Source: Marsupella aquatica (lineage: Eukaryota > Plantae > Marchantiophyta). Taken from it: a stretch of DNA of 64,000 nt. Location: contig OZ316899.1 in NCBI GenBank assembly GCA_973895155.1, positions 2,007,573 to 2,071,572 on the forward strand. Reading direction: 5' to 3'. The first letter of the stretch is position 1; each line of letters begins with the position of its first letter. This document shows, in pieces, positions 25,295 to 38,464 of this stretch. The notes below the pieces were generated by a model. The model searched no databases. It had not been told where the DNA came from and saw only the letters and a list, made by a program, of their open reading frames with translations. The position numbers and the translations under genes are program-made.

Positions 25295-28200
25295 AGTCGC
25301 GGAACTCGACTACCTTAACACTTAGCTCCGGCGTCGCTGACTTCAACGCCGAGCTCCCTTATGGTCCAGGCCCGGATAGGCCATCCGAGGAGGACTTAGC
25401 ACGGGGAGACTTGTGGGCAATGAGACGTGGCACTAGCGAGGCAAGGGGCCAAGCTGGGGACACACACTAAGGACTTGGACTGGCCTATGGCTGGTCGGGT
25501 TAAGGGCAAATGGGTCGGGCTCAAGGATGGCCGTCCGGACCGTCGGATGGGCTTTGAGTTCTGAGGGCTTGGGAGTGAGCTCCTCTTGGGCCCAAGGCCA
25601 ATGGAGTTGACGCCATTTAGGACGTTTGGGGCGCAAGTTGTGGCCCGATCCGGGTTGGGCCGGTTGGGGGCCCCGAGCAGCGATCAGACCTGAGGGCCTA
25701 GGCATGAGCACTGGGTTGGCCCGGTCACAACGGGCTAAGGCACTCCGCTTGCAGAGGCCTATCAAGAAAGTTATGGGCGTTGCCAGTTGGTGGCGCACCC
25801 ATTATGCGCGATGGGATCCGGGTTGGGGGCCAAATGTTTAGGGACCAAAGTTGGTCTGGGGGTGGCAGGTCTCCAGAAGCATATATGAGGGGAGTGGTGT
25901 CTCCCTGGGGGCTAAGGCCAAGCCGAAGTCGTGAGCCGCGACGGTCGCGACACTAAGGGATACCGCCAAACGGAAATGGCAATATCTTTCCAACGGGAAG
26001 TCCATTGGAGGACTTCTTGGGTGCGTTGGAAAACTCTTGAGGAGGGCTACGTCCTCCTGAGCTCAGATGGGTTTGGGGGTTCCATGGGTTCTCATGGTTT
26101 GCGGGTGTTAGCTCGCCCGCTTGCCAAATCCTGCCGAACAGCAGCCAAGCCGCGTTCAGCCTCCCAAGGGAGCTTGCGTTGGGGAGGCAAGGCCAAGTAG
26201 GTATGGAGGCTGAGTCCCAAGGGCGCTCTGTCCCTAGACCATCAATGGGGAAAACCAGGAGCGGTTGTTAGAGTCGGGGCCATTATGGTCCCGGCGTGTT
26301 GAGACAAGCTTGGGACAATAAGCGTAAGCAACCTGAGGGGGCGGGGCCCGGTGGTTCGGATCCCCAGCCCCAGAATGGAGAAGCTAAGCAAAACCAGAAG
26401 GCCGACAACTTTAAGAAAGGAGCCTCGTCGGCACAGAAAGCAAAGAAGCAGGCAACCATGGAGCAGAGGCGGGCTGAAGGTTCGTGCTTCACATGTGGTG
26501 CCATGGGCCATCAAAGTAAGGATTGTTCCACAAAAGGTGGCAAACCAAACGGAGATGGTGGAGGGCACAAGAGCATTAAGGTAAGTATCGCTCTAACCAA
26601 ACCCTTAGTAGCTGACAAGGTCCCTGTAAGGGATGTCCCTGACGAGAGAGGGTGTTGTTGCGAGAGAAGATACCTACAGTTAAGACAATGGATCCTGAAA
26701 AACTGATTTTTGTGAATGTCACTTCTAACGGTAATCTGGGTGTTGCTTTGGTGGATACAGGCGCGACCGCCTGCTTCATAAGTGGGCAGGCGGCAGCTCG
26801 TCTTGGGGTGGACGTGCAAGAGTTGTTACAACCGTTAGTGTGCAAGTTTGCCAATGACACGAAGGGGATAGTGTCAAGAGTAGTGCATAGACTTCGGGTA
26901 GAGGTCATAGGCAAACAACAAAATTTTGTTAGTCAGGAGATGTTCTACGTTCTAGAAGGTCTAGCCGTAGACTTCATTTTGTCGATAGGTTATCTCAGAA
27001 AACACAATGTTCCCTTGAAACCAGGGGGTGAGGTGCTCCATTTTCCCAATAAGGGCGGTGAGCCCATCGTTGTACACGAAATTACCAAAAATAAAGAAAG
27101 ATTTCTTAAAGTAAGTAAAGTGTCGTGGATGTCCTAGCAAGTGCGAGTTTGCGATGAACAAGATTCAGTTCCTCGGCCATACCTTTACTCCGGAAGGGAT
27201 TACGCCTAGTCAGGACAAGCTTAAGGAGATCAAAGAATGGGAGCGCCCGTCCAATGTAAGGCAAGTTAGAGCCTTCTTAGGATTTACGGGGTTCTATCGG
27301 AGATACATGAAAGACTATGCGAGGATCGCGAGGCCCCTAAATGTGCTAACGTTGAAAAATGAAGTGTTTGTGTGGACACAGGATTGCGAGTTAGCATTTC
27401 TAGAACTTAAGAGGTTAATGAGAACGCCGTCGGTTAATGATAACGCCGCCGGTTCTAAAGTTACCTGAGATGGGGAAGCCGTTTGAGATTTGGACAGACG
27501 CAAGTGATTATGCCATTGGCGCCTGTCTTCACCAAGATGGGCATCCTGTGGCCTTTGAGTCATGTAAGTTGGAAAATCACTGGATCACGCCGGAAAGGGA
27601 AATGTATGTTGTGATCTGTGCGTTGAAGAAGTGAGAGATTTACCTTAAGAACGGTCCCAAAGTGGTAATCCACACAGATAGCTCGCCGGCCGGGTACTTC
27701 AGTTCTAAGCCAAGGCTGAATCCCAAGGAAATGCGTTGGCAGATGTTCTTGGCGGATTTCGATTTCAAAGTCTGCCACGTTCCAAGGAAGACAAATACGG
27801 CAGCGGACGCGTTATCGCGTAAGGACCAACATCGTGTCAATGGGATCACGATGCTCTAATCCGAGTGGCCAAAGGTTCTGGCCGCGGCGTACGGGGATGA
27901 CAGGTTAGCTAAGGATTGGCAAAGCAATGGGGGTAGCCGGGGCAAGGTAAGGCACATATCGTTGGGGTTGGATACGACGCATAATGTCTAGTTGTGGCGA
28001 TACAAGCAAAGGCGTGTGTACATACCAGAGTCTCTAAGGTTAGAGGTTATGCAAAAGTACCACGACTCGCCCTGGGGAGGGCACGGAGGACAAGCCGCTA
28101 CATATCGTAGCATGTCGCGAGATGTGTATTGGCCGGACATGAAGCAATTGGTCCTTCAACACGTGCAAAGTGTTACTTGTGCCAAAAGAACCGAACGGTC

Positions 28201-30307
28201 TATAGGGCAAAAGGAGGATTGTTGCAACCCTTACCAGTAGCTGCGGCTCCGTGGGAGTCTATCTCCATGGACTTCATTGTTGGATTACCTGAGTCCCACA
28301 GCAATAACTCCATCTTAACAATCATGGATTGTTTTTCCAAGATGGCGTATTTCTTGCCTACTACAAAGATGGTTTCGGCCCAAGAGGTTGCCGGTCTAGT
28401 ATTTGACAATGTCTTCCGACAATGGGGATTGCCGTTGCATATCCTGTCCGACCGCGATACCAAGTTCACGGGCCATTTTTGGAAGGCGTTGTTCCGGTTA
28501 TCTGGAACAAACCTGACTAGGGGATCAGCGTATCATCACGAGAGATGGCCAAACGGAACGGGTTAATGGTATCGTGGAGGACTACTTGCGTCACTTTGTG
28601 ACGGCCAATCAAAAGGATTGGGCGAAGCATTTAACTATGGCTGACTTTAGGTATAACTTGACCAAGCATTCTGCGATAGGGTTTGCGCCGTTTGTGTTGG
28701 CCACAGGGAGGACGCCAAGGGCGCCCTCCTGGTTTATAAACCCGGAAGCTTGGCGGACGGAAAGCAAGGTTCCTTTTGTGGACAATTTTATTTGAGAGCG
28801 GCGCCTAGTTGTGGAAGCGGCTACCAAGGGTATGACCCTTGCCCAAAGTCGATACAAGGATCAAGGGGATAAACATTGACACCAGGTAAGCTTTGAAATT
28901 GGGGAGAGCGTCTGGTTGCAGTTGAGACCTGAGCAATACCACGGGAACATAAGTAGGAAGCTGGCTCCCAAATATGCGGGGCCCTATCGCATCATACGAT
29001 GGGCCCACAAGGATAATCCGGTTTTGGTGGTGTTGGAGACACCCAAGGAAATGGGCATGGGCAAAAGCTACCATGTTAGCCGGCTCAAGAAGTTTGTCAA
29101 AGACGATTGGGCCCAAGGCCAATGGAGTTGACGCCATTGGCAATGGACGCTTGGGGCGCAAGTTGTGGCCCGATCCGGGTTGGGCCGGTCGGGGGCCCCG
29201 AGCGGCGATCAGACCTGAGGGCCTAGGCATGAGCACTTGGTTGGCCCGGTCACAACGGGCTAAGGCACTCCGCTTGCAAGGCCTATCAAGAAAGTTATGG
29301 GCGTTGCCAGTTGGTGGCGCGCCCATTATGCGCGATGGGATCCGGGTTGGGGGCCAAATGTTTAGGGACCAAAGTTGGTCTGGGGGTGGCAGGTCTCCAG
29401 AATCATATATGAGGGGAGTGGTGTCTCCCTGGGGGCTAAGGCCGAGCCGAAGTCGTGAGTCACGGCGGTCGCGACACTAAGGGAAACCGCCAAATGGAAA
29501 TGGCAATATCTTTCCAATGGGAAGTCCGTTGGAGGACTTCTTGGGTGCGTTGGAAAGCTCTTGCGGAGGGATACGCCCTTTTGAGCTCAGATGGGTCCGG
29601 GGGTGCCATGGGTTCTCATGGTTTGCGGGTGTTAGCTCGCCCGCTTGCCAAATCCTGCCGAACAGCAGCCAAGCCGCGTTCAGCCTCCCAAGGGAACTTG
29701 CGTTGGGGAGGCAAGGCCAAGTAGGTATGGAGGCTGAGTCCCAAGGGCGCTTGGTCCCTAGACTATCAGTGGGGCGAACCGGGAGCGGTTGTCAGAGTCG
29801 GGGCCATTCTGGTCCCGACATGTTGAGACAAGCTTGGGACAAGCTTTAGGACAAGCTACACTATTTGGGCCATGAGCATGTCCTGAGGTCAGGGCGGTCA
29901 GTTGGTGATGGATAGGTACGAGGAGGAACCCGGGCGCGCCCAAGGAAGGAGCTGTCCTGGACGGATAGTGGGCGTGGGTTCTGGTTTTGGCTTATGGCAT
30001 CGGGAGGACCTATCGCTGACCTATTTACCAACGTCTATTGAGCTTGAGTTAGGATGCTAGAATTGGCAAGTTCTAGATCCGGAGGGGGTACTTACCGAGG
30101 TGCTTGGTTGCTTGTGCAGACAGTGAGGACCGTTGAGTAGCGGTCGTGTAGGTGAGCAAGTGCGGCTTCATATGGGAGGGGCCGCAGGTGGTGCTAGAGG
30201 CACTTGGATGCTTGCTCGAGGTATTCCGTGGAGGCGTTTGGGCACCAAGGGCACTTAGACGCAAGTGTTGGGATTGGTGAGGGCGCTGGGTGGCTAGGTC
30301 CACCACT
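25295..30307 (+). mobile_element. Ty3/gypsy deletion derivative with AGT...ACT termini and 5-bp TSD CATTG
   Basis: CATTG at 25290-25294 and 30308-30312; LTR sequence duplicated between about 25585-26318 and 29105-29842; ends match the solo LTR at 61693-62754; pol remnants inside. Confidence 0.85.
26320..29105 (+). pseudogene. gag C-terminus, protease, partial RT, RNase H, integrase
   Basis: CFTCGAMGHQSKDC; ALVDTGATACFI; KIQFLGH, VRAFLGFTGFYRRY; WTDASDYAIGACL; WESISMDFIVGLP, ILSDRDTKFTGHFW; KLAPKYAGPY. Most of RT is deleted at about 27135. Confidence 0.92.
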
Positions 30308-30849
30308 CATTGCCCTCTGTACCCATCTCTACCATGCTCTAGGTGTTCATATTCACCCCATCCGTCTTTTTCTCCATCATAGTCATGATCATACTGCCTA
30401 TCATCAGGCGTCCCTTGCCAATAACTTTGGCTCCTTCTAGGGTATGGATTATGTGATTTCTCTCTGGCTGCCCACCTGCCTAGCACTTGATGTGGGCCCT
30501 ATGCATCCTGCACAGGTGCATTTTTCTGTGAGCCCCCTGCATCTGGGTCTCCATCCATATCCAATCTTTCCTCTTCACCCCACTCTCCAAGCCCCATGTC
30601 TGTCTCCATGTCATCACCCTCTTCCCCCATAGCTTTTGCACAACATCCACAACCAAACAGGGACAATGAGCACACTAAATTCAAAGTATCAATCAATTTC
30701 ATGCATATCAACATGCCTAAAACATCATTCCAGGAAGCAATTCCCGTTCCGTGACTTTGTGCAGGTAGTCATCCTCAACCTCATCAAAGTGAATCGCCAG
30801 CTGCTGCCTATTGCACATCATCAACGTCATCATATTCCATCTCCCTAGG

Positions 30850-33800
30850 TTCATATGTCTCTCTCAATTTTAAGGGGATGTAGTCAATCCCTGCCCGAGT
30901 TGGAAGTACAGTCTCATGACTAGGATGTCGACTACAGCATGGTCCTCCAAACTGAACTCTACTTTACTTCCATCCATTTGCCTGTTCCGTGCTTGGCTAT
31001 GGCATACCACCCTCTAGCCATGTGACCCCTCCACATCTACAAAGAAAGCTTGTTCAACTTGGCTAGGGAAAACAAAAGGCTCAGACCATTCTGGTACTCT
31101 GGACCTAAAATTGGCCAACAAGAACCCATCAGGATCACGCTTCATGGTGGCCCTTGGTCTCTGCCACTCTGATTTCCCCCATGCTCCTTTCATCAATATC
31201 ATATGGACACTTGTGTTACGTACCATAATTCAATACCCAAATGTTTGTCAACTCCCCCACGTAACCCATCTTCATCCACCCCCTTTGTTCTTCAGAGGTT
31301 CTTTGCTCAAACACAAATATCAAACCACAATCATATGATACAAAATGGTCACCTTGCTCATCCCTCACCCAAAAATGATTTCCATAAGCTCTCATCTGTT
31401 TGTAGGTCAGATTAGACACTTGCGGTGGCACAGATAGAAGATACAAATCTTTCTCCATATTTGGGTGATGTCTACTATGCTCTCGAATTGCCACCCGAAT
31501 CCATTGCTCAAACTGTGGGAAGGGACCATCCTGTCCAGAGTGTGCAACTTTTTGCATATCATATTCCATGCAATATGAGGTATGCATAGTTAGGTCTAAA
31601 CAGCTCATGAAAACCTAAGATCACGCTTGGAATAGACAAGAAGCATCACAACAAAGGCAAGTCAATTCAATCACTCACTGCCACCATGGTTGCATAGGCT
31701 TTGTGTTTGCCAGCACATATGAATGAGCCTTGTCTCAAATTGCAACAGACAACTGCATAGCATGTCCCACACCTTCAACAACCTTGCCACTCACTCCATC
31801 ATCTTCACCAGATTGCCAAACTCTTGTCATATCTTCACCAGATCCAACCATGTACTCTGTTAGGAACCCCAACGTCTCCTCCTTTATGTACCCCAATGTC
31901 ATGGAAGCCTTTAGCCTGTAGTATGTTTTCACATGACCTTTCAACAACTTCATGTATCGTTCCATGGGGTACATCCATTTGGTACTAACTGGCCCATATT
32001 GCCCTAGCTCTTCTACCACATGGATTAGGAGATGAGTCATAACATCAAAGAAAGTAGGGGGGAAGTATATCTCCAAGTCACAGAGGACATAAGCAACATC
32101 TTGCTTCAACTGCTCCAATCCTTGGGGATCCCACACTTTCACACATATACGGCGGAATACATTGCACAGTCAAAGAATGACATTATGGACTGGTTTTTGC
32201 ATCAGACCTCTGAGGCATAGGGGCAAAATGTGCTGCGTCGGCACATGGTAATCATGTGTTTTCATACCACCAAGTTTATTCTTTGTAATATGCTTCTTAA
32301 AGGCACCAGCATAACCAGAAGGCACTTTCAAACAGCTCAATCTATACAAGAATGTCTTCCATTCTTCTTGTGTGCACACATAAGGAGCTTGGAACTTGAG
32401 AAGTACATTGGGATCGCTTGCATGGGGCTTCAATCAGAGGTGAGGGCGTATCCCCTTCTGTTGCATATTATCTCAAACTGCTCCTGTATCTTTCTCACCC
32501 GACAAGAACTTCAGCAAGCTCTCACAAATATTTTTCTCAATGTGCATGACGTCCACATTGTGTTTGCTGGGCTCAAAATCCTGCACTCCACAAAGCAAAG
32601 AATTCAATAATAGAAACACTAATTAACCAAATAGGAGGTTTGTAACCAACATCAATCCACCATTGCTCCAATCTAAAATTGCAATCATGCAGGGTTGGAG
32701 GTTAAGTACATTACCCTCCAGTACTCCAACTCCAAGTCCATCAAGGTCTGTCTTTTCACACCGTGTTTCACCACTAGATCCTCAGGTTCTTCTAGAATGG
32801 CACCTCTTTTGTCCCAATCAACCTTCTTGGCTGCCCACCTCAGGACTTGTTCTCTGGTGACCCCTTGTGGTGGGCCACAGAGCTTTGTTTTGTTGTTGAA
32901 GTGTGCAATTTGAGACCATGTGTGCCTGTACCCTAAACCCTAAACCCTGAACCTTAAACCCTAAACCCTAAACCTTCTATGCCCTTGAAATTTCATACTA
33001 TGCAGGGCATGCGACCACTCACTTGTCATATTTTTCCCACGTGGTGTGCACCCCACATAGTCTTTTGTCACTCGTCCAGATATGATGCCATGGCCTGAGT
33101 AATTTGTTATATCTAGCAAACAAATTGCATGCAGTCTAAAAGGGCTGGGTCAAAGGAGCCCCTTCAGAACATCATGGGTTAACACCCCTTCTATCCACAA
33201 ACTCTTCCACTGCTGGAGCCAACATGATATCTATGAATTGCTCAGTCACAGAAGCTGGTCCAGGGATTAGCAACACAATCATCACAAAAAACCTCTTTGT
33301 AGTCATCCATGGGGGAAGATTGTAATTTAGCAATGTGACCGGCCAACATGAATAACGGTTGGTTTTGTCTCCAAATGGGTTTACTCCATCCAGTGATAGA
33401 CCAAATCAAAAGTTCCGCTTCTATGCAGCAAATTGTGGCCACCCTAAATCTCCAATGTGACGCTGGAGGCCATCATTGCTCTTGTTAACAGGTGTCCATG
33501 TCATCAACTTGGAAATGTAAGGGCATCTAACAGACGTTGTAGTCTAGGAATGAGAGGAAAACGACAAAGAACCTTGGCAGGATGTGTACATTTCCCTATA
33601 TTCTTGTACCTATGCTTACCACAATGAGGGCATGTCAATTTATCTGCATGCTCTTTGCAAAAGAGAACACACCCATCAGGGCATGCGTGGATAGACACAT
33701 AGTTCAGCCCAAGGTTAGACATCAATTTCCTAGCCTTGTACATGTTTTGTGGAATTGAATTACCATTTGGTTAACACATTTGTGTGCAAGAAGGTCAACA

Positions 33801-34428
33801 ACTCTGTCACAAATATATTGGGAACATTGTGATTGCCACAAATGTTCAACAACAACATGACAAAACCCAACTTGGAGCAGTTTGACCCCTCATAGATAGG
33901 AATGCAGGCTTCTTTGATGTGTTTTGGGCCCCCAAACACCCACTCCCTCTCTTCTGCACCTTCCCCAATGTCAAAGTCAGGTTCAGGTGGGCCGTCTCCA
34001 ATGTGTGGTTGCGGTTCATTGTCCTCTTCTGATCCCACTGTGTCGTAAAAAGCATCAAGGTCTTCAAAAATCTCTTGAACCATTCTTGGGACATCCATCC
34101 CACCGTCCTCAGTGACTTCTGCATCTCCATCTTGGTCATCCATGTTGTCATGTTGTACCCCAGGACCATCTTGTGCATTGTCTATGTCCTGCTCTACATA
34201 GTCTCTACGTCTAGTTGTATTAGAATCCACAAAGTCAGCTCTCCACTCTTCATCAAAGGAGTCTTCTTCTGCTGGTACATTCCAAACCCTCCACCGAGGA
34301 TGCCTTTTGTGTTGCAGCAGGTGAAGGTGAACAGTGTTCAAACTCAATGACTTGAATCCTTGGCACTGTGTGCATGGGCATCTCATCCTCCTACTTCTAC
34401 CTTGGGCGGCATGGGCTTGTTCACGCAT
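30850..34428 (-). pseudogene. CACTA transposase (transposase-associated N-terminus, Transposase_21, DUF4218, DUF4216), decayed
   Basis: RCPCTQC..VHLHLLQH; IHACPDGCVLF..CPHCGKHRY; LGGMKTHDYHV; YFPPTFFDVMTHLLIH, KWMYPMERYMK; EPFVFPSQVEQAFF. Confidence 0.93.
32931..32972 (+). repeat. Interstitial telomere-like repeat (CCCTAAA)6, 4 units perfect
   Basis: CCCTAAA CCCTAAA CCCTGAA CCTTAAA CCCTAAA CCCTAAA, within the CACTA transposase span. Confidence 0.9.
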
Positions 34429-34959
34429 TCACAATTTAGAATCATGATGCCTAATCCTAAATGGGTTGTGAAGAGGTAACCTTGGAGCCATCACTATAGA
34501 CACGCACTCAGCGCCCTATCATTTTATTATGCAAGTGAAAAATACACTCCCTATTAAGGATTTCATCCCCGATTGCACCTGCCAAAAGAGTTAACATAAC
34601 GTTCCAAAAAAACCAAAAAACAAAAAATATAGGTGCTTGAGTCATGTACATATTCTCAAGTGAATGAGACAAAATTCCTAAATGTTTGAGGGTGTCAACT
34701 CCTCCGCTGTCCTCACATATACTGCCTCTGCACGTACATCCATGACCATATCAGAGTCCAATCATGTATAGTTGTAGACACAGGTGCTGGGTGCGAGACC
34801 GGTGTGAGATGTCCTCATCTTACTACCACATCAAATATGGATACCAATCTTGTTGTTGATGCCACTCAGCCCTGAGGTACTCAGGCATGTACATTAAGTC
34901 ATCAAGGTCTAAACCTTGCTCATGCCATGGTGGTCTTTGATCCGTGACTACAAGCAGTG

Positions 34960-35230
34960 GGTGCAATGCCCTCCACTATGCACATGTTGCTACCAAGTAC
35001 CTCCACTAGGTACTAATTAGTCTATATTTGCAGATATCTTGTGCACAAGACACCACAAGAACCCTCGGCCAGACATGTGTAAGAACTATATCATCTGCCA
35101 AATCAGACAACAAGGAACCACCTACAGCATTGTGCTTGTCTAACTCATCTGCTGAAAAGTAGATGTCCTCTTTGGACTGTGCATCCTCATTCACCACAAC
35201 ATTAACAACACAGTCAAGGTCTGTAGGCAT
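34960..35230 (-). pseudogene. F-box-like fragment
   Basis: LLSDLADDIVLTHVWPRV..CKYRLIST resembles the F-box LP-D-I..I..RL..CK.W pattern; short and degenerate. Confidence 0.4.
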
Positions 35231-35528
35231 TATCTCACTTGGAGCTACACTCTATCTGATTATGCAACTCGTAGGAGGACCCTACATAGGGCCTGCCGGT
35301 CTGGAAGGGGCAGCATACCCACCAAAGTCTTAAGCCAAACAAAGCCCACCAAGTAGATTCACAGTCACACCCCACGCAACAGGAAACAACAATCAATTCA
35401 ACTACGACCAACCATGACAAGATGAGTTAGTTCAACGATCACATTTATTACAAAATTGTGATTTATACAAAAATATGAGGGACTCCTACTCCTCACTCTC
35501 TCCCACCATTGCTAAGCATACAAATCTG

Positions 35529-36250
35529 CTAAAGCTTGGAGGGCCAGGCCTCAAAAATATCAAAGTCCCAAGCCCTCTGTTGCTTCCCTGTTGCTGCTGA
35601 TTCCAAAAGCCATTCAAGGGAAAGCACCCAAAGATTGTTGTTCATGACACAATGACGCAAAAGAATTTTCTGCAGAATTTCATGTATGACAAACCTACAA
35701 CATGAGTGGAGGTTTCTGTTAGACTCTCCTCCACTATGCCCACCTAGCTCAACAACTATGGACTTGTACAGTCTGCACTTAGTCTCCCCAATTCCCTCTT
35801 TTGCAAATACCACACTAAAGCCCTTCATAATGGTATTCCTCTCCTTGCCTTGCTCATTCAATATAGAATGCGCAGTCATAGGATGGTGTCCTATGTTGAC
35901 AAGAGGTCCATATTGGACAGAAGCAAGCTTGGGTTTCTCTGCCGCTGCTTCATACGCTTCCTTTTTCAGCCAAAGCCTCTGCAGTGGCCTCCTCACTCTC
36001 CCACAACTCATATTGCTCAGTATTCTGTACACACCTATGTTTAACAGAATCGGTAAGCCAAGAGACTTCAACTACTTTCAGACCTTGGTTGGTAATAGCA
36101 GAATCAATGAAGGACCATGACCACTTGTTCATCACATCTAGCCATGTCCCTACAACAACATGTGTAGTCTGTGGAGTGATGTCCTTGACTTCAGTCCCAT
36201 GGAACTTTGAGAATCATTTTTTGTACAATTGGCCAACTCACTTGGGTGAA
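35529..36250 (-). pseudogene. Tandem BRCT-domain gene remnant
   Basis: BRCT1: ITPQTTHVVVG..KVVEVSWLTDSV..EQYEL (about 36200-35990); BRCT2: VVELGG..CRFVI..WVLSLEWLLESAATGK..DF (35529..36071 frame). Confidence 0.7.
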
Positions 36251-37320
36251 CCCATAGTGGCCAGGAATCAAAATGGCTTTGATTCCAGCCAACAGAGGTG
36301 GGTGGTCAACCTTTGTACGTTTCCTAGAGGCCATGTACACACACCCCACCTAATCACTGCAGACCGGAAGAAAATGCATTCACCTGATAATCGGAGGGCC
36401 CCTAAAATGCTGCCTATTTAAGTTGGTCCAATCCTGTACGTCCCATGGTGAGTCTCTGCTCTGATTCCAAATGGGAGAAATAATGGGACAAACGTACTAG
36501 ACACCCGCAAGGATGCACCTCATAGTTTGAATATGTGACTTCACAATGGTGAAGGTGAAAACAAGTGCAATTGTTTTGTGATGCCACATGCAGATGTTGT
36601 AAATGGGCAGACATTCAATCAGAATTATACAAAATGTTGGTACACTTTAAGGGAATTCTCACAAATTAAATAGCCTCGTAACTTATATGCTCATAATGAG
36701 AAGTCCTGATTTAATTTACCCAAGAACATGCCCGGGTCTGCCGGGCCGGTGAATGGCTAGCTTTTCATCGTAAGGATTGGTTTTGGGCTGGTCGGCTTTG
36801 CTTTGGTGATGGCGTGGTGTGAGGTCTTTAGGATTGGTAGTGAGCATGACAGTGGCCCATTGGATTTCTTGGGATCCCATGGGTCTGCTGCTCATGTTGC
36901 GGCGGATTGCCCTGTTGGGGGTTTGTTGGGCCACTGGGGTGTGTTGGCCCTTGGGTGTTGCCCTTGTTGTGTTGTTTGGTATTGGCTGCATTGGCCTTTG
37001 TTGTCCCCCCCTATCCATGGGGTTTCAGAGTATTAAAATTTATAAAAAATCCATTCCAGGAATTTACCCAAGAACAAGTAATGAACTTAGGGTAATTGTT
37101 GCCTAAGCATCCTCTCCTACAGAGGTCCTTCTTCTCAAAATTGGAATGTCTGCAATCTCCAAGGAGTACATCCACATCAGGTGCACTATGCATGTACATT
37201 ATTCAGGTTCAAAGCCAAGAAATGTGATCTCTAATAGGAGTGTGCAAAGTAAGATCTATGGCATAGCAATGACAATAAAATATCCATCGATCAACACCAT
37301 GTGCAGAGTGATCATAGATT

Positions 37321-37350
37321 CACTAGTAGAAACACGGGCAATTTAGACCA
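37321..37350 (+). repeat. Orphan CACTA terminus
   Basis: CACTAGTAGAAACACGGGCAATTTAGACC resembles the TIR at 586; no partner end found in the window. Confidence 0.6.
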
Positions 37351-38464
37351 AACCTTATAGGACTAAGGCCACTAAGTCCATTTTTCATACTTTAAATGAC
37401 TCAGAACCATTGCACCGGTTCACATAAACACTATAAACTACTTTCACTGTTTAGGGGTTTATGAAAAGACTATGAAAAATAATCTCCCTACTTTGTGAAG
37501 GGTGAACACTCCAGCATGTCATTGGTTTCTTAAGAGCTTTTGGTAATGGGGATGGCAGTGGGTTGCGCGGCTCATTAATTTGCCTCATTAATGTGTGCAA
37601 AGTTGGCAACATAGAATTCTTGGGGTGACATAATTTTCCGTTTAGGGTAACTTTGCCAAGCCTCCCATAATGACTTCTCCCCTCATGTCTCATATACCCA
37701 ACTATGTGTATGCATTGCATCATGATTTACAATTCTGATGCTTGCCTCCCATCGGCCCCTCCTCTTCATGGTTCCATTACTCCATTGGCCCACTTTCTCC
37801 TTGGTCCCTTTACTAAATTTCACAAAGTTCACATGAGGAGTTACATTATAGTAACAGGCCCTGGAACCCCCAACAACATGCAATGTGGGTGAAATTGAAA
37901 TATTTAGGCTCTTAATGAACATGGTTGGGCACAAGTGACTAAATTGGGCCTTTAGGAGTTGTGTTGTACTTAGGGTAGGAGAGTGGATGTTGTATGCACC
38001 ACAACCAAGTTTAGGGATCAGGGTAAATATGCCAACCCTTCAAAAATGTCTTGTCCCCTTGTGTCTCATATACCCAACTATGTGCATGCATTGTATGGAT
38101 TTTCAAGGAGTGATGCTTGACGACTTAATTACATTGGCCCCCTCTTCTCCATGGTCCCTTTACTTCTCATTATCTTTCAATTCTTAAAAATGTCACAGTT
38201 TACCACAATTCATTTTGCCAAAATTAATGTTTGGGGTCACACTCAACGACTCACCCCACTCAACGGTGAGAACCCCAATGGTTCCGCCTTTTGCCCACAT
38301 TTTGGCATAGGGTCCCCTCATTCTCTTTAGGGGCACTAACTTAACATCCTTGGGAGTTTAGGGTTGCCAGACATTTGCGCCTGACCTAAGTGCATAACCA
38401 CATGGTGGGAGGATTGGGGTTTTGCAAAGGGTTTTGTGAGGAAAACGGGGGATTTGGGTATAAC

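Noticed and set aside
25293-30309. Canonical TG...CA ends for the second gypsy
   Set aside because: That parse leaves no TSD, and the solo LTR lacks TG and CA; AGT...ACT gives a perfect CATTG TSD.
32931-32972. True chromosome end
   Set aside because: Only six partly degenerate units with TE sequence on both sides.
37321-37350. Right-hand TIR of the second CACTA element
   Set aside because: It is oriented as a left end pointing rightward, so it cannot close the element at 23.4-34.4 kb.
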